From Isurus oxyrinchus (taxonomy: Eukaryota), in the NCBI GenBank assembly GCA_026770705.1, contig JANJGN010000132.1, positions 186,001 through 250,000 of the forward strand: a stretch of 64,000 nt of DNA, written 5' to 3'. The first letter of the stretch is position 1; each line of letters opens with the position of its first letter. The notes under the pieces are model-generated. The model did not search any database. It was not told where the DNA came from and saw only the letters and a program-made list of their open reading frames with translations. Position numbers and translations under genes: made by a program. Below are positions 1 to 10,499 of the stretch, piece by piece.

Positions 1-1079
1 AATTTTTGAATCTGCAATTAGCACTGAAATAAAAATGCATCAATATATCTATCACAGTTGATTAAAAAGCCTGCCTGCTTTATAACTATAACCTTCCTTC
101 ACAATGGTTTAAGCACATCATCAACACACGGTATGTGATCGAAAATACGCGTTGTAGCTTCACCAAACAGTTCCACGAGCTTTAACTGTTCAAAGTAACC
201 CAGGCACATACTCTCCTCAGCACTTAACACTAAATCACAACACCGAGGGACTGAATCCAACAACTGCTTAATTACCTAAGTCCTTTCAGCAGAATCAGAT
301 GCAACATTTCAAATCAACCTCAGTACATCGCACAGAAATTGCCTTTCATTGAACAAGTCATTTATTAAAATAAACAGAAATATGAAACAATGGCAGAAGA
401 ATTATACTTCAATGCCTCATATTTAATGCATTGTGTTGATTTTCACTGTATACTTTAGTAATATCTGGCGACATTACTGCATTTTAATGTTTCAAGTTGT
501 TTTCATTTAATCCTGACCCAGGCAGCAAATTTGTTAACCCTGTTGTTCTTAGTTATCGTAGCATTTCACTTATTTAAGATGAACGTTGGTCAGCATTATA
601 TTGATATTTTACAGCGCAGTTAAACACAAATAAAAATGGCAAACATTTATTTTAAAACCCATAGTTTAAAATGACATTTTTGACCTTGATAGCACTCGGT
701 TTCCTGTCTATAATCTTATTTCCAACACTTTTAAACACAATGTTAGTCGATTAGAAAACTTGCAGCAATCAGATGTCACCGAGATGAAACATGGCAGAAA
801 CACCAAACTGATTAACAAAACTCATGTATTTAAAGTAAGCCAGGCACAAAGCCTCATCAGCAGATAAAAGGCAAATCACTCAAACAAGTCCTTAAAACTC
901 CCAGAGCTTTTTTTTTGCCAAGAAGCAGGAGAATTGTTCAATCCCTTTGAAGCATAATTAAATGAAACATTGTAAACACAGAATGCAAAGTTACGGTTAA
1001 CAAATTAATGACTAAAATAAACAGAAATGTGAAACAATGAAGCAAATCCAACAGCGCAGAATGAAGGCATGTTTCTTAC

Positions 1080-1127
1080 CTGCAGTCACCGTCACCATGG
1101 TTCCTTGGCCCCAGTAATCCATATAGT
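1080..1127 (-). CDS. IGHJ: Ig heavy-chain JH gene segment (YMDYWGQGTMVTVTA)
   Basis: Minus strand reads AC TAT ATG GAT TAC TGG GGC CAA GGA ACC ATG GTG ACG GTG ACT GCA G|GTAAG. It has the WGxG motif, a splice donor at 1075-1079 and a flanking 23-RSS. Confidence 0.97.
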
Positions 1128-1166
1128 CACTGTGTTACATTCGCTGATCTGAGTCACACAATAACC
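1128..1166 (+). other. JH recombination signal sequence, 23-bp spacer
   Basis: CACTGTG (1128-1134), 23-bp spacer, ACAATAACC (1158-1166). Confidence 0.95.
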
Positions 1167-1484
1167 AGTTCTGCACACAAGGGGAGAAATTCAATATTAA
1201 TTTAAATGTTACAAACCGAGAGGCAAAGTAAAATCATGATTGACTTTATCAAAAATGTAAAATTGCGAAATATTTTTAAAACTTTATAAATTAAACTGTT
1301 TTATTTGTAATTCACAGAGTATCTGATGATCATGCATTGAAATCAGCAACCACTGATTTAATAATTAACACTTTAGCACCTCTTGTCAGTGGGGGAGCTC
1401 CAGGCACAGATAGGAGTTTGTTTAATATCGTTGTATTGTAAAAAAAAATGCATCGACTGAAATGCAATCAATTTGCCCCGACGA

Positions 1485-1551
1485 GGTTTTTGCATTAACA
1501 GTAACGACTGTGCCATCCAACATCACTGTGAGACGCACCATGTCAGAAACT
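1485..1551 (-). other. IGHD: DH2 segment (core 1513-1523, ATGTTGGATGG) flanked by 12/12 RSS
   Basis: Plus strand: GGTTTTTGC(1485-1493)-12-GACTGTG(1506-1512), core, CACTGTG(1524-1530)-12-TCAGAAACT(1543-1551). Confidence 0.93.
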
Positions 1552-1859
1552 GTGGCAGACTGTTAAATGTGAAATACAGAGATTCAAATCCACAGCGGTC
1601 TGAGAAACCTGATTCTGAATACTCTAGGAATACATCACAGTGATATTTCAGTTAGAACTCTTCATTATGTTTATAAAGCGGATCGAAATACGCCTTTAAC
1701 AACTGTGCCCCTATTTAGCAAGACAATCAAAATTAGTAAATTCGGAGACTTTTATACATTTTTTCGTAAATCCTTAAAACCCTTATTGTTGGTCATTTTA
1801 TTTTCTTTGACTTTCCTGCTGTGATACTGATCGCAGCTTTGATCAAAGTCCCTCTCTGG

Positions 1860-1939
1860 GGTATTTGTATGAGGAGTTCACTATACACAGCACCGTGACC
1901 CACTGTAGTACCACAGTGACACGAACCAGCACAGATACT
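1860..1939 (-). other. IGHD: DH1 segment (core 1898-1911, GTACTACAGTGGGT) flanked by 12/22 RSS
   Basis: Plus strand: GGTATTTGT(1860-1868)-22-CACCGTG(1891-1897), core, CACAGTG(1912-1918)-12-ACAGATACT(1931-1939). A 12/22 D1 is the classic elasmobranch IgH cluster arrangement. Confidence 0.95.
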
Positions 1940-2292
1940 GCTCTCACTCATTGATTGTTGCTATAAGAAATAAAACCTTTCAGTCAGCAGAAGATTTGCA
2001 GATTTTGATTACAATTCATTCAAGAGTTTTAATCAGGAGCAGAACCTTGAGCTAAAATTACCCCCATTCACGTAATAATTTGTCAATATTTCAATTTGCT
2101 CCTAGTCATCAGTTGTGAACATTCTAAGCGGTAACTATGCTTTTTAATATACAGAGTTAGTCAACATTTTGTTTTTATTCTTCGCCACTTTATTGCTTTG
2201 GAAAATGTAACTTTTCAATCGAGGTTCAAACACATCTCTTAACTTATTTTGAGCTAACACTGACCTATGATTCACTGCAATTATTCCTCTGC

Positions 2293-2331
2293 GGTTTCTG
2301 TACGAGCTCTGGGCTTGTTCAGGTCGCTGTG
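2293..2331 (-). other. VH recombination signal sequence, 23-bp spacer
   Basis: Minus strand CACAGCG-23-ACAGAAACC directly after YYCAGG. Confidence 0.95.
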
Positions 2332-2632
2332 GCCTCCTGCACAGTAATACCTCGCGGTGTCTTCGGGTCTCAGATTTTTGATCTCAATGTAAGCTGTGGA
2401 CGAAGTTCTTGATGGGATGATTCGACCTTCGACTCCAGGCGCGTAATACGTGGTATCTGAGGGTTTTCTGTAAGCAAGGAGCCACTCAGCCCTTTCCCAG
2501 GAACTTGTTTAACCCAGTTCACATAGTAGCTGTCCAGACTGAACCCGCTTACCGAACAGGACAGTTTGCGAGAATCTCCAGGCTTAGCGGTCTCTGAAGC
2601 TGGCTGGGTCAGCACGATGGCGGTTTGGACAT
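2332..2632 (-). pseudogene. IGHV: VH exon, IgW-like, with a 1-bp frameshift at ~2487
   Basis: Acceptor AG at 2633-2634. Translation is [48 protein letters not shown]/(E)[51 protein letters not shown], with both Cys and the Trp conserved. CTGAGTGG replaces CTG GAG TGG. The IgW rather than IgM call rests on recalled family motifs ([18 protein letters not shown]-type leader) and is less certain. Confidence 0.9.
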
Positions 2633-2758
2633 CTGTCAGCGAATGGAAAAAATGTAATTACATTAAAAAAACAATCAAATCAGTGAATGGAAATAGCAGC
2701 GCGATATCAGAAAAGAAGCAGACTTCTGTTGTATCACTTATACAGTCGGGGTACTTAC

Positions 2759-2804
2759 AGGTGAAGTAAGCCAAGAAGAAGCAAAGGCACAGCGCAAATC
2801 CTAT
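2759..2804 (-). pseudogene. IGHV: VH leader exon with ATA in place of the start codon ((M)GFALCLCFFLAYFT)
   Basis: 15 hydrophobic codons plus 1 nt, then donor GTAAGT. A 126-bp phase-1 intron splices in frame to the V exon. There is an in-frame TAG 4 codons upstream and no alternative in-frame ATG. Confidence 0.88.
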
Positions 2805-2894
2805 CCTCAGTCCCTAGGTATAACTGACTTGGGAGCGTGACTCTCCGTCGCAGCGACACCAGCAGATTGTGAACCTGGAGCTGAACCATCCCGC

Positions 2895-2902
2895 TATTTA
2901 TA
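2895..2902 (-). promoter_or_regulatory. TATA box of the VH promoter (TATAAATA)
   Basis: About 90 bp upstream of the leader start. No ATGCAAAT octamer is seen nearby, consistent with shark IgH promoters. Confidence 0.65.
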
Positions 2903-3129
2903 CCGGCTAGAGTCAAATAAGAGAGAGAGAGAGAGGCAGAGCTGGAGAATGGGTGTCACTCTCCTCCCCCAGTTAACAGCCTGACTCCTCCTCTCTTTTC
3001 CTGTCTAGGTCCAGCTGTATAAACAATTATTAACAATAAATATTCCGTGTTCCACAAACGTATATTTTTGATTGTCTGTTTATCCTTTGGGATGTGATAC
3101 TCTCTCTCTAAAGCAGGTTTAAATTGATT

Positions 3130-3460
3130 CAGTGCGAATCTTTACATTCCCAATAAACGCCTCACATGTACTCAGTGTCCAATTGCTCTCAGAAGGACCT
3201 AAACACACCCACGGAATTATTCCGAAGATGAAGGGAGAGATCCCCTGGGGCCAATATTTCTCGTTCAGCCAACATCCCAAAATCAGCTTATCTGGTGATT
3301 TATCACAGCGCAGTTTGTTGGATCCTCCTACATGTAACTTCACGGTCGTCTTTCCTTGCAATACAATGGTGATTATAGGTTTATAAATAAACAAACAAAT
3401 CTTCATTGCCTATAAAGCGCTTTAAGTTGACCTGTGGTTGTGAAATGCACTGTTTGACTG
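3130..3460 (+). mobile_element. Old SINE, Deu-domain-like, with an L2-type tail
   Basis: GGCCAATATTT..CCAACATC..TTATCTGGTGATTTATCACA core and CTTCATTG..TAAAGCGCTTT tail. A related copy lies on the minus strand at ~18220-18450. Confidence 0.55.
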
Positions 3461-4779
3461 TATGTCCTCTTTATTTCCATGTTCCCCTATCTGTGTGATA
3501 AAAGATACAAATGTTACTGATATTTGTCCAGAGAAAACCATTATATTTGTCCCAGGACATCGACAGTTTCGGAATAATGTCACTTAATTTCAGATATAAT
3601 CCATCGTGAAATGTGAAGCTTCACTTTAAAACAATCCTCCGTGAATCAATTTTCCACTGGATTTCAGGTCACCAGTGTGAATATTGTTCTTTCATTTCAC
3701 AGTGAATGATTTTAAATGAGAGAAGTTGAGATTTGCACCGAGGAATGTATGTGTGATGAGGCTGCACTGTCCAGCCGAACCCTGTTTAGCTAAGAATTAA
3801 ATCAACATGTCTACCTTTCTAATTGATGTGACAGATTTATCCCACAAACCATTGGGAAATATTTAGCAACGCAGATAAAACAATATCGATCTAAGTGACC
3901 CCACTAAACCATAAATTATATTCAGAGATTTGGGGCATCACGAGTTTGATTTTTTTTTTTTGATGTTGTTAATTTGCACCAAGGATGAGAAATCATTGAA
4001 ATTATGGTGATATCAAGCCAGTTGTGCTAAGCTTTTCAGGTGCCAAAACCAAATGTGCCAACAGGTTACATGTGAAAATATAAAGCCTGCCATTACAATT
4101 ATACTAACATTTCAGTGAATAATTTGAGTTCCCAGTCAGTCTCCAGATTGGGATTGTAACTCTGCCGTCTGCAGACCATTGGGTAAATTACAAAATTATT
4201 AAATGAATCAAACATTATTATCAGAGTAGTTAATGTGTTCTTTATATCTGTGTGATACCAGCTCAGCTGGCATTCCCTTCTACAGGATTGTAAAAGAACT
4301 TCGCAATTATCAGAATCAAATTGACCTTAAATAATGAAAATCGCAAACTCATTGCATTGTTGTTGTCGCATTTAGTCTGTTCTGCATCTGCCATACACAA
4401 AACGCAGTTTCCTTAGTATCATCTCATAAGAAATGCAATTTAGATTAATATTGCCTAACGATTCATTTGCTGATAAATTTATTCCCAGTTTGTTGAACAC
4501 GTTCATCCCATATCTCTGCCCAACAGGCAGTGGCAGGAATCCAGCATTCTACCATCAGGGAGGAGAGAACATTCACATTTCAGTTTACAGGAAACATCTG
4601 TGGCTGCTGTGGAGAAACTTCAACAATCAGTTTCCTGCCCGCTGATCAAATATAGCAAGGCAACAAGAACCCAGCTGTGAGCAAAGGAACCTATTTATAC
4701 ACAGATCTGCCCAGCAACAATGTGCCCAAACAGTGCAGGCTCATCTCCATTGGGTATATGGACGTTCATTTCGAATGAA

Positions 4780-5370
4780 TTCATAGCTTGAGATTGTTTC
4801 CCAGAACCTGTATCCTCTCTGAAGTACCAGGGTGTGAATCCTAGGAAAGATTTTCAGATCATGAGGCTATTGTGACAGAAACCATCTGACGCTCCAGGGA
4901 GCACAAATCCTGAATGTGATTCCGAGAGACTGGGGGATATTAGAAGCATCAGGGAGCATAAATCCTGGGGTTAGTATCAAACACTTAGGTCCAGCAAACT
5001 CACCAGGGAACATAACTGCTGGGAATTGTCCTCAGAAGCTGGATTTTCTGATGTATGTCCGTTTAGTTGTTCAAAACCTGGGAATTGCTAATAGGTGCAG
5101 GGATTATCTGATACGAAGTGCCCTTGAATCACACGTCATATTAATGATTCCCAGGGGCTGGTCCCAAGTCACACAGACGCACATTGAATCACAAGCCCTG
5201 GGCATTATCTCCAGATGTTGGGCCTATTTGATACTGCAGTCATGCGAGCACAAACCCTAGGAATGATTATTTGTTACTGGTCCTATATGACACCGACAGA
5301 CATGGGAGCAGAAACCCAATTAATTATTCCCTGTATCTGGGTCATCATAACAAGGCAGTGGACTAAAACT
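4780..5370. repeat. Degenerate ~55-60-bp minisatellite
   Basis: Recurring AAAYCCTGGGA..ATT motif at about 55-60-bp intervals. Confidence 0.5.
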
Positions 5371-5399
5371 CCCATCGATCTCTTCGTCACTTCTTGACC

Positions 5400-5940
5400 T
5401 GAATATTCCAATGGTTTCCTGACCATCCCCCTAGAGTCTACCTTCTATAAATAGGAGCTCAAGCTAAATGCTCTTGCCCATATCTTAATGCACACATGTC
5501 CCGTTAGCCCATCAACCCTGTTCTCCCTGATCCACGGCGGCTCTCGGTTAAGTAATGCATCAGTAATAAAATTATCGCAGTTGTTAATCTCCCTCCATGG
5601 CCTCCACCACCTCTCCCCCGACCTCACCACCACCACCTCCGTCCCGGTCAGCTCCTTCAGTCCCATAATTCTCCGAGATTCCTTCCCTCCTCGAATTCTC
5701 ACATCTTTTGCATCGTGAATTTTATCACTTGTTGCCAACTGCCTTAAACCCCTTCTCCCTCTCTCCTCCTTTACTATTCTCACTAAAAGTTACATCGTTG
5801 ACCTAATGTATTGTCATCCGTCCTTGTGTCTCCTTACGTGACTCGGTGTCAAATTTGGCCTGTTAGTGGTCTGGTGAGTCAACATGCAGCGATTTACGAC
5901 ATTAAAAGGGCTATATAGTTGCAAACGGTTGTTGGATATA
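5400..5940 (+). mobile_element. L2-like LINE 3' fragment
   Basis: Pyrimidine-rich body and an L2-type tail (CGGTGTCAAATTT...GCTATATA.TTGCAA..GTTGTTG). A related inverted copy lies at ~60290-60450. Confidence 0.5.
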
Positions 5941-8629
5941 ATTCGTTTTCTTTCTGACTGAAGGAAATGTTTTATTAATCTCAGGTCACGGATAGTGAGA
6001 TTCTCACTTTTACTTCAACATGCCGAAATCAATACAAAGTCCCGTGAGATGCGCTGATGATCAACTAACAATCTGTCACAGAGAACAATGTATTCATACA
6101 CGTTATGCATGCTCCGATTTAATCACTTTTCACAAATGATTTCTGAGGACAGACAGACATTGCCTTGGTAACAGATCGGTGGGACAATGCGATCTAAATA
6201 TGAGAACAAAATAAATGGATAATCAATGCACATTAAGGATATTACAGGACCTAAAATTATATTTTTAATCAAAGGGAATAAAATATAGAAACATAACTGG
6301 AAAACATAATCATTTACCTTTGCAGAATTCGCATGGAAACATTAAGAATGATGTGTTTAGACAAATACGCACAGGCACATAAGTAAATAAGCAGACACAC
6401 AGAGAAACGGGCAGACAAACAGAGACGTACACATACGCGCACATACACACTCATAGACACACGCACACACACAGACGTACACACACACACACACACACAA
6501 GAAATGTTCCCTGATCAAAAGTCCTCCCTTCAATTAACGCCAATAAATGTACATTAATATAAATTAACAGGATTTGAACCACGTTGTCCTTTTGCTAATG
6601 TTTCTTTGCGCAACAAAGCTTCACTCAGATGGAATCTTTTGCATTGTTATCCTTTGCCACCCCCTGTAGAATGTAATGATCTTGTATATCATTGTAGCTT
6701 GGTTTTGGTGCGTTAATATAAGAGACAATAACTGATGAAGGCATTTTACAGTAACAGCAATGGCAATCTTTCGCCACCATGTGGCAGTGCTAGCGCGATT
6801 GCTTCCATGGAAACATACATACACTGCCTCAATTATTACTGCTCCATAGCATGTCTATGTTTATATCACAGCAGACCTTCACTCAGTTATTGCTAGTTCT
6901 ACTTCATTCTCAGATGTTGACATTTCTGTCAAGGCCGACATTTACTAGCCATACCTAATTACCCCGGAGATGTGTTGGTGAGCCGCCTTGTGTGTGTTTC
7001 AAATCCAAAAATAGTGCTGGTGGGAAGGGAGCTTTGGGGTTTTGACTCAATAACAACGAAGGAAAAAAATCTATATTTCCAAATCAGAATATTGTGTGTG
7101 ACTTGGAGCGGCACTAGCAGGTGTTGGTGCTTCCATTCACCTGCTGTCCTTGTCCTTCTATGTCGCAGAGCTCTCCGGTTCTGAAGATGCTGTCGAAGGT
7201 ATTACCAGAATGGGGTGAGAGGCTTCCGTTATGTGGAAAAACGATAGAAATAGCATCCTAGAGCAGAGAGAGTTAAGAGATGTTTTAAAAGATGTGTTCA
7301 AGTTTCTGAAGGGGTTTGCAAGGCCATAACCTGACCATGTCTCCGTCCATATTCTACTGGGTCCAGTCACGGACATTAGTGCAATAAACTCTGTGCGCAT
7401 CCATCCTTTACACTAGGCCCTTTTTCAATTATTGCTGCACTGAAGCATGTGTCTGGTTATATTGCACTCATCCATGTCCTTATTTATATTACACTAGACA
7501 CTTTCTCCTTTATTTCTGCACTATTTTATGCCCACCTTTAAATTGTATGAGGCCATCTCCCTGTTTATATTCGACAGGGTCTGCCATAGTTATTCATGGA
7601 CTAAACTGCTCAGAGTGCAGGAGTCCTTATCGCTGTTCATGTTAAATAAGGCCCCCTTTCTGTAATGACAGCACTGGACACTCTGTTTATATTAATTTAT
7701 TGCCAATGTCAGTTATTGTGGTACAGCATTTTTCTGTGATAGGTAAATAGACAGATGGATGAAGGGAGAAGTATGTCTCATAATAATTAAAGAACATATA
7801 TTTGACTGGGTGGGAAGATGGATTTTTGTTTGTTGTAAAATACGTTTAGTCTTTGTCACAGCCATCAGGAGCTGTGTACAATTTCCCATTGCTCTGGTGT
7901 AATGTAACAGTTTTGTTGAAAGTACTGGTCGAATCTTATGACAATCTCGGAAATTTGCACTGGATTGAGGGACTGAAGTCAAGGTGAGCCAGAGTGCACT
8001 GTAGTTTATACTGAATAGTGGAAATCTCTGTTGTGGCTATTGTACACCGTGTTTTAATGTTAAGGAATGTTTCTCCTGAGGGCCTTTACATTCACGTTTT
8101 CCGTGGCAACTGGTTGTGTGACCGAGCCTGAACATCTGTATTTGTGTCTATTTGTGTCTGTGAGTGTGTCCATACAAAACACATTATTCCTAATGTTTGC
8201 AATTTACATCCACAAAGCGGATTTGCTTCACCAGTTATTTTCACAACATTTAATTCCCTTTCATTAAAAATGCGTTGACTGGAATATTAGTGCAAATTTG
8301 TTTGTTGATACGTTTCCAACAACAACATTACGAACGTCGACATTTTCACGATAGCAGTAATGGCAATGATTGGCCACCAGGTGACAGTGCAAATTGGTTT
8401 GCCTAAATTATACCAAACCAGCACTGCCTCAGGCGGCGATAACTGAAAAAGGACCCAGTGTAATGTAGGGATGGGCATGGGTGGTTTATATTACATTAGA
8501 CAGTTTCTAATGTTTTACTTATTAATTATCGACTGATTTGGAATAGTTGTTAAGTCAAACATCTCTACCCATTCCCAGTTCTCCTTGAGAAATGGCGAAT
8601 TGCCACCATCTTGAAAGTATCAAGCGGTT

Positions 8630-10330
8630 GCATACCTTTTAAAATGCATAAATACCAAGGCTCGCCCAAATTGTACCCTCGGCATAGGAACCACCATCAC
8701 TTTATAATCCTTTGAAACTTAAGGCACTGAGACAGGGCGAGAAGGCAGCTAACGTTGTGCCCTTGTTCAAAACGCACAAAGGTATAGACTGAGTAATTAC
8801 AGGACACTGAATATAATCTTGGAGCAGGGAATAAATAGTATTGGAAGGAGAACATTCTAAGAGACAGGGTGCATCTACATTTAGAATGACACTGCCTAAA
8901 CAAACCTGGACAGCAAGAATTTGTTAAAGGAAGGGCGAGTCTGACTATTATGCATAAATGTTTTGAAGGGATAATAAGGAGTGCTGATGGATACAATGCA
9001 TTCGATGTAGTCTATGTGGATTTTAAAATGACCAGGTTCTACATGGGAGAGCGGTTCCGAAATTAGAAGCCAATGTGATCCAAGGCAAAGCGGCAAGGTA
9101 AATCCAAAATTGGTTCAGTGCCAGGAAGCAAACGGTGAATGACACAGGATGTTTCTGTTAATGGGAGTGGTATCCCCCAGGCCTTGGTAATAGGATACTT
9201 GCCTTTTCTTGCATATATCAATTACTTGCACATGACTGAAAAGAGCATGATTAAGATGATACACAAATTGGCTGTGTGATTAAGAATTGAGCAGAAAGCT
9301 GTATACTGCAGGAAATCGACCTGTCAGGTAGACATAAGAATGGCTTAGAGATGTTTGCGAGGTAGTGCATTTAAGGAAAGCTAACAAGATAAAGTAATAA
9401 ACAGTAAATAAGACATAAGAACTAGGAGCAAGAGTTGGCAATTCAGTCCCTCGAGCCTGCGCCGCTATTCATTACGATCATGGCTGACCTCATTTCGGCC
9501 TAAACTCCAATTTCCCAGCCTCTCCCCATAACCTTTCAACCCGTTACTGAGTGAAAATCTGTCATCTCCTCCTTAAATTTATTCAGCATCCCGGCATCCA
9601 GTGCATTCTGAGCTAGTGAATTCCACTGATTCATGAATGATACGACACTAAGAATTAAAGTGGGACTACAGAATGCAGAGATTCCTAAGGGTGTCTGGAC
9701 AGGTAGATAAGGTGATCAAGAAACAGATGGGATTCTTTATTCTCCGAGGCATAGAAAATACGAGTGGAGACGTTCTGTTGGAACTGTGTAAAGCACTAGT
9801 TAAGCCCGAGTTTGAGTGTTCGGTGCAACCCTGGGCCAGGAACGATCGGAAATATGTGATTGGGCAAGAAACGTTACAGTGGAGATTTACGATGTCATTG
9901 CCTCAGCTGCAGGAGGATTGCTATTTGGGAGGACAGGTTAGGATTGTTTACTTTTGAACAAAGGAAGCTGAGATAAGATAAGGCTGCATAAAGGGGATTA
10001 TTCTATTTGTCTCCCTAACTCTTGCTGTGCCCGCATGCTTTCTGTGATCCGTGTACAAATACACACAGATCTCTCTGCACCAAAGAATTCTGCAGCCTTT
10101 CAATTTAAATAACATGTTGCCTTTCGACTTATCCGGCAAAATTAGGCAAACTCATATTTTTCCAACCTTATATTGCATGCGCCAAATTTCAGTACAATCA
10201 CTTAGCTTACCAATATGTCATTGTGGCCTCTTTGTATCCATCCTCAGAACCTGTTTCCCTTTCCAGCTTGGCATCATCAGCAAATCTGGCTAAAGTACTG
10301 TCGACCCTTTCATCCAAGAATAAATAGGTC
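8630..10330. mobile_element. Nested decayed CR1-clade LINE fragments, both orientations
   Basis: Remnant RT motifs ANVVPLFK, DVVYVDF and GQVDKVIKK..LVKP..ECSVQ.W. An inverted CR1 3' end lies at ~9410-9640. Confidence 0.75.
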
Positions 10331-10499
10331 ATGGCAAATGTTTTCACCCAAAGGATGATGGGAATCTAAAACTCATGATGCGAAAGGGTTGTAAAAACTT
10401 GAAGTGAAACAACCTAAAAGGTTGCAGACCAAGAGCTGGACAGTTGACAAGGCTGTTTACTGCTTGTTTGCTGGGACAAATTGTTTTGTTGATTTCTAT

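Noticed and set aside
1590-1665. An extra D segment from heptamers CACAGCG (~1591) and CACAGTG (1636-1642)
   Set aside because: No nonamer at 12 or 22/23 spacing
2370-2615. The 81-aa ORF as a complete V protein
   Set aside because: It starts at a GTG inside the exon and goes out of frame after GKGL; it is part of the frameshifted V exon.
2951-2960. AGTGACACCC (minus strand) as a TCR-beta decamer/CRE-like promoter element
   Set aside because: Only a partial match, too weak to call
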